IMG/VR virus record: IMGVR_UViG_3300026488_000013
Location: 32,001-96,000 of that record
DNA: 64,000 nt
Source: a virus
Reading direction: 5' to 3' (one strand)
The notes under the pieces were generated by a model. That model searched no databases. It was not told the origin of the DNA and saw only the letters and a list, made by a program, of their open reading frames with translations. Position 1 is the stretch's first letter. Each line of letters begins with the position of its first letter. Below are positions 62,349-64,000 of this stretch, one piece after another. A program made the translations under genes and the position numbers.

Positions 62349-62966
62349 TTAAATATTTATTCCATCATCGTCCGAAACATAAAATCGATAAAAACCATAA
62401 TCCTTATATTTTTGGTATATTTTCTCTAGATACGGGATAACTTCATTTTTTACAAAACTATAAGCATCAAATTTTAATAATTCGGTATAAGTTTTCGTTT
62501 GTTTAATTTTTGATTCTTCATCTTTTTCTTTTAACCAAATTTCCTCAATAGTATTATGAAGCTCAATAACGTATTGGGCGTATATTTCTTCTACTGTGCC
62601 GCTATCTAAATTTCTTGTTACAAAATTTAATGTTGAATTTAGTTCGTTCATACATTCGTAATAATTATCGCCCCAGTCCATTTTTACTAAATATTCTTCA
62701 ATGGCTTTTTGAGTATATGACGAATATTCGTTTATTTTTCTTAGAATTCTTTTTTGATGGATACATTTTAAATCTTTATAAACAATATTATTCGTTTCAT
62801 CATATTTAACGCAATCGGGATATGCTGTAACTAAATCTACCTTAATATACAAACCTGAGTCTTTATTTTTTTCCCAAAATTCTTCCTCTTTATCCGGAGG
62901 AATATGTAATAGTGGAATAATTTTTATTTTTCCTGTATTTTCATCTTTTATTTTTCTATAAATCAT
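62349..62966 (-). CDS. Hypothetical protein (possible tail-fibre assembly chaperone)
   Basis: Follows the lectin-domain gene. Confidence 0.55.
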   Translation of the reverse strand: MIYRKIKDENTGKIKIIPLLHIPPDKEEEFWEKNKDSGLYIKVDLVTAYPDCVKYDETNNIVYKDLKCIHQKRILRKINEYSSYTQKAIEEYLVKMDWGDNYYECMNELNSTLNFVTRNLDSGTVEEIYAQYVIELHNTIEEIWLKEKDEESKIKQTKTYTELLKFDAYSFVKNEVIPYLEKIYQKYKDYGFYRFYVSDDDGINI

Positions 62967-62988
62967 ATTCTATATTCCAACTTATACA

Positions 62989-63987
62989 CTATTCTTGGAT
63001 TTCTCTTTCATTATAAAGAATTTTATGTTCATCGTGTGTCAATGGTCTGGAAAAAATTCTGAAATGGTCAAATTTCCCCATAAATGATTGACTCATTTCA
63101 AATCCGCCGCAGTATGTATCTTGGTCTTGGCCTAATATTAAACAATTATTTAAAGAATATTTTGATAAAACAAAATCGTCGTTTATATAATAAATTTCAT
63201 CTATAAATTCTCCGTCAATAAATAATTCCACTTTTTGAACAGGATTTTTCAAAATGTTTAAAGAGATTAATTTCCAAGTTTTAGTTGGAATATACTTCGA
63301 TTTACTAAAAACATAAATTTTGTTGTTAATTATTATTTTGAAATAACCATTGTTTTCATATAGCAAAATTCCGTTATAAATATTTTGATATGCTAAAGAT
63401 ATATAAGGATTAATTTGGTTATTCGAATATTTATAAACCCATAACGAAAAAGACATTTCGTCGAATAATGGAATATTTTTAACTAAAAATCCATTCATAT
63501 CGTGCGGTATTTCTCCCAAGTCAATAGCACGGTCGAATATTCCGGGAGCATAACTTGCCGCCCCTAATTTATACCCATGATATATTCCCGTTTCGTCATT
63601 GGTAGAATAATTAAACCGATAAAATGCTATTATCGAATTATCATTAAAAATATCTACTTTAAAAAATTCCGACGGCTCTATAATTGTTCCAAACGACCCC
63701 ACCCATACATTTCTATTTGGAGTATCATCTACACATATAAAAACTTCGCCCGTAGTTTTATTTATCCAAACCGAACCTACAGGCAAATTTACATTTATTG
63801 TGGGGTTATCATTTGAATATGTAATCTTTAATGTGTTTTGTTTAAGTTCTATAGAATATTGTTTTAGTAATTTTTTGACTATTTCCTCTATCTGTGCCTC
63901 GTTATAAATTTGGGTTGTTGTATTTATATTGGTATTATCCGATGTGATTATTTTTATTGGAAATCTGTTAAAATCTATGAAATTCAT
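62989..63987 (-). CDS. LamG/pentraxin-domain protein, putative receptor-binding or tail adhesin
   Basis: SFSLWV, LFIDG, LILGQDQD..GGF..SQSFMG..DHFRIFSRPL; N-terminal VGSVWINKTTGEVFICVD fibre motif. Confidence 0.8.
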   Translation of the reverse strand: MNFIDFNRFPIKIITSDNTNINTTTQIYNEAQIEEIVKKLLKQYSIELKQNTLKITYSNDNPTINVNLPVGSVWINKTTGEVFICVDDTPNRNVWVGSFGTIIEPSEFFKVDIFNDNSIIAFYRFNYSTNDETGIYHGYKLGAASYAPGIFDRAIDLGEIPHDMNGFLVKNIPLFDEMSFSLWVYKYSNNQINPYISLAYQNIYNGILLYENNGYFKIIINNKIYVFSKSKYIPTKTWKLISLNILKNPVQKVELFIDGEFIDEIYYINDDFVLSKYSLNNCLILGQDQDTYCGGFEMSQSFMGKFDHFRIFSRPLTHDEHKILYNEREIQE

Positions 63988-64000
63988 CTCAGTGCATTTT

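Noticed and set aside
656-63816. Numerous short ORFs antisense to long genes
   Set aside because: Shadow frames rich in S/I/F/L with no RBS, fully overlapping well-supported genes.
1-64000. tRNA or rRNA genes, portal gene, alternative genetic code
   Set aside because: No cloverleaf or rRNA-like stretch noticed and no recognisable portal. Genes are intact and densely packed under the standard code.

Overview
AT-rich segment of a large tailed (myovirus-type) jumbo phage, almost all on the minus strand, with one plus-strand island at 38.5-44.0 kb. The virion genes are T4-like: terminase, major capsid protein, gp21-type prohead protease, tail sheath and tube, tape measure, gp5/gp6/gp25/gp26-like baseplate proteins and a LamG/pentraxin adhesin. 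It also encodes two pieces of a split multisubunit RNA polymerase (beta'-N ending just after NADYDGD, and beta-C), RecA/UvsX, a dimeric dUTPase, a Cas4-like nuclease and a holin/spanin-like cassette suggesting a diderm host. Four non-obvious signals stand out. (1) A free-standing Hef/Vsr-type homing endonuclease follows the beta' gene, and the junction holds two inverted, wobble-varied copies of RNAP catalytic-site codons (AFNADFD, WFNADLD), one abutting the nuclease promoter. (2) Three dispersed ~320-350 bp non-coding elements have conserved arms, a variable palindromic core and flanking A-tract DNA. (3) A phage promoter-like motif TAYGGDWAW precedes mostly non-structural genes. (4) GATC appears strongly avoided. 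All calls come from reading motifs by eye; no searches were run.
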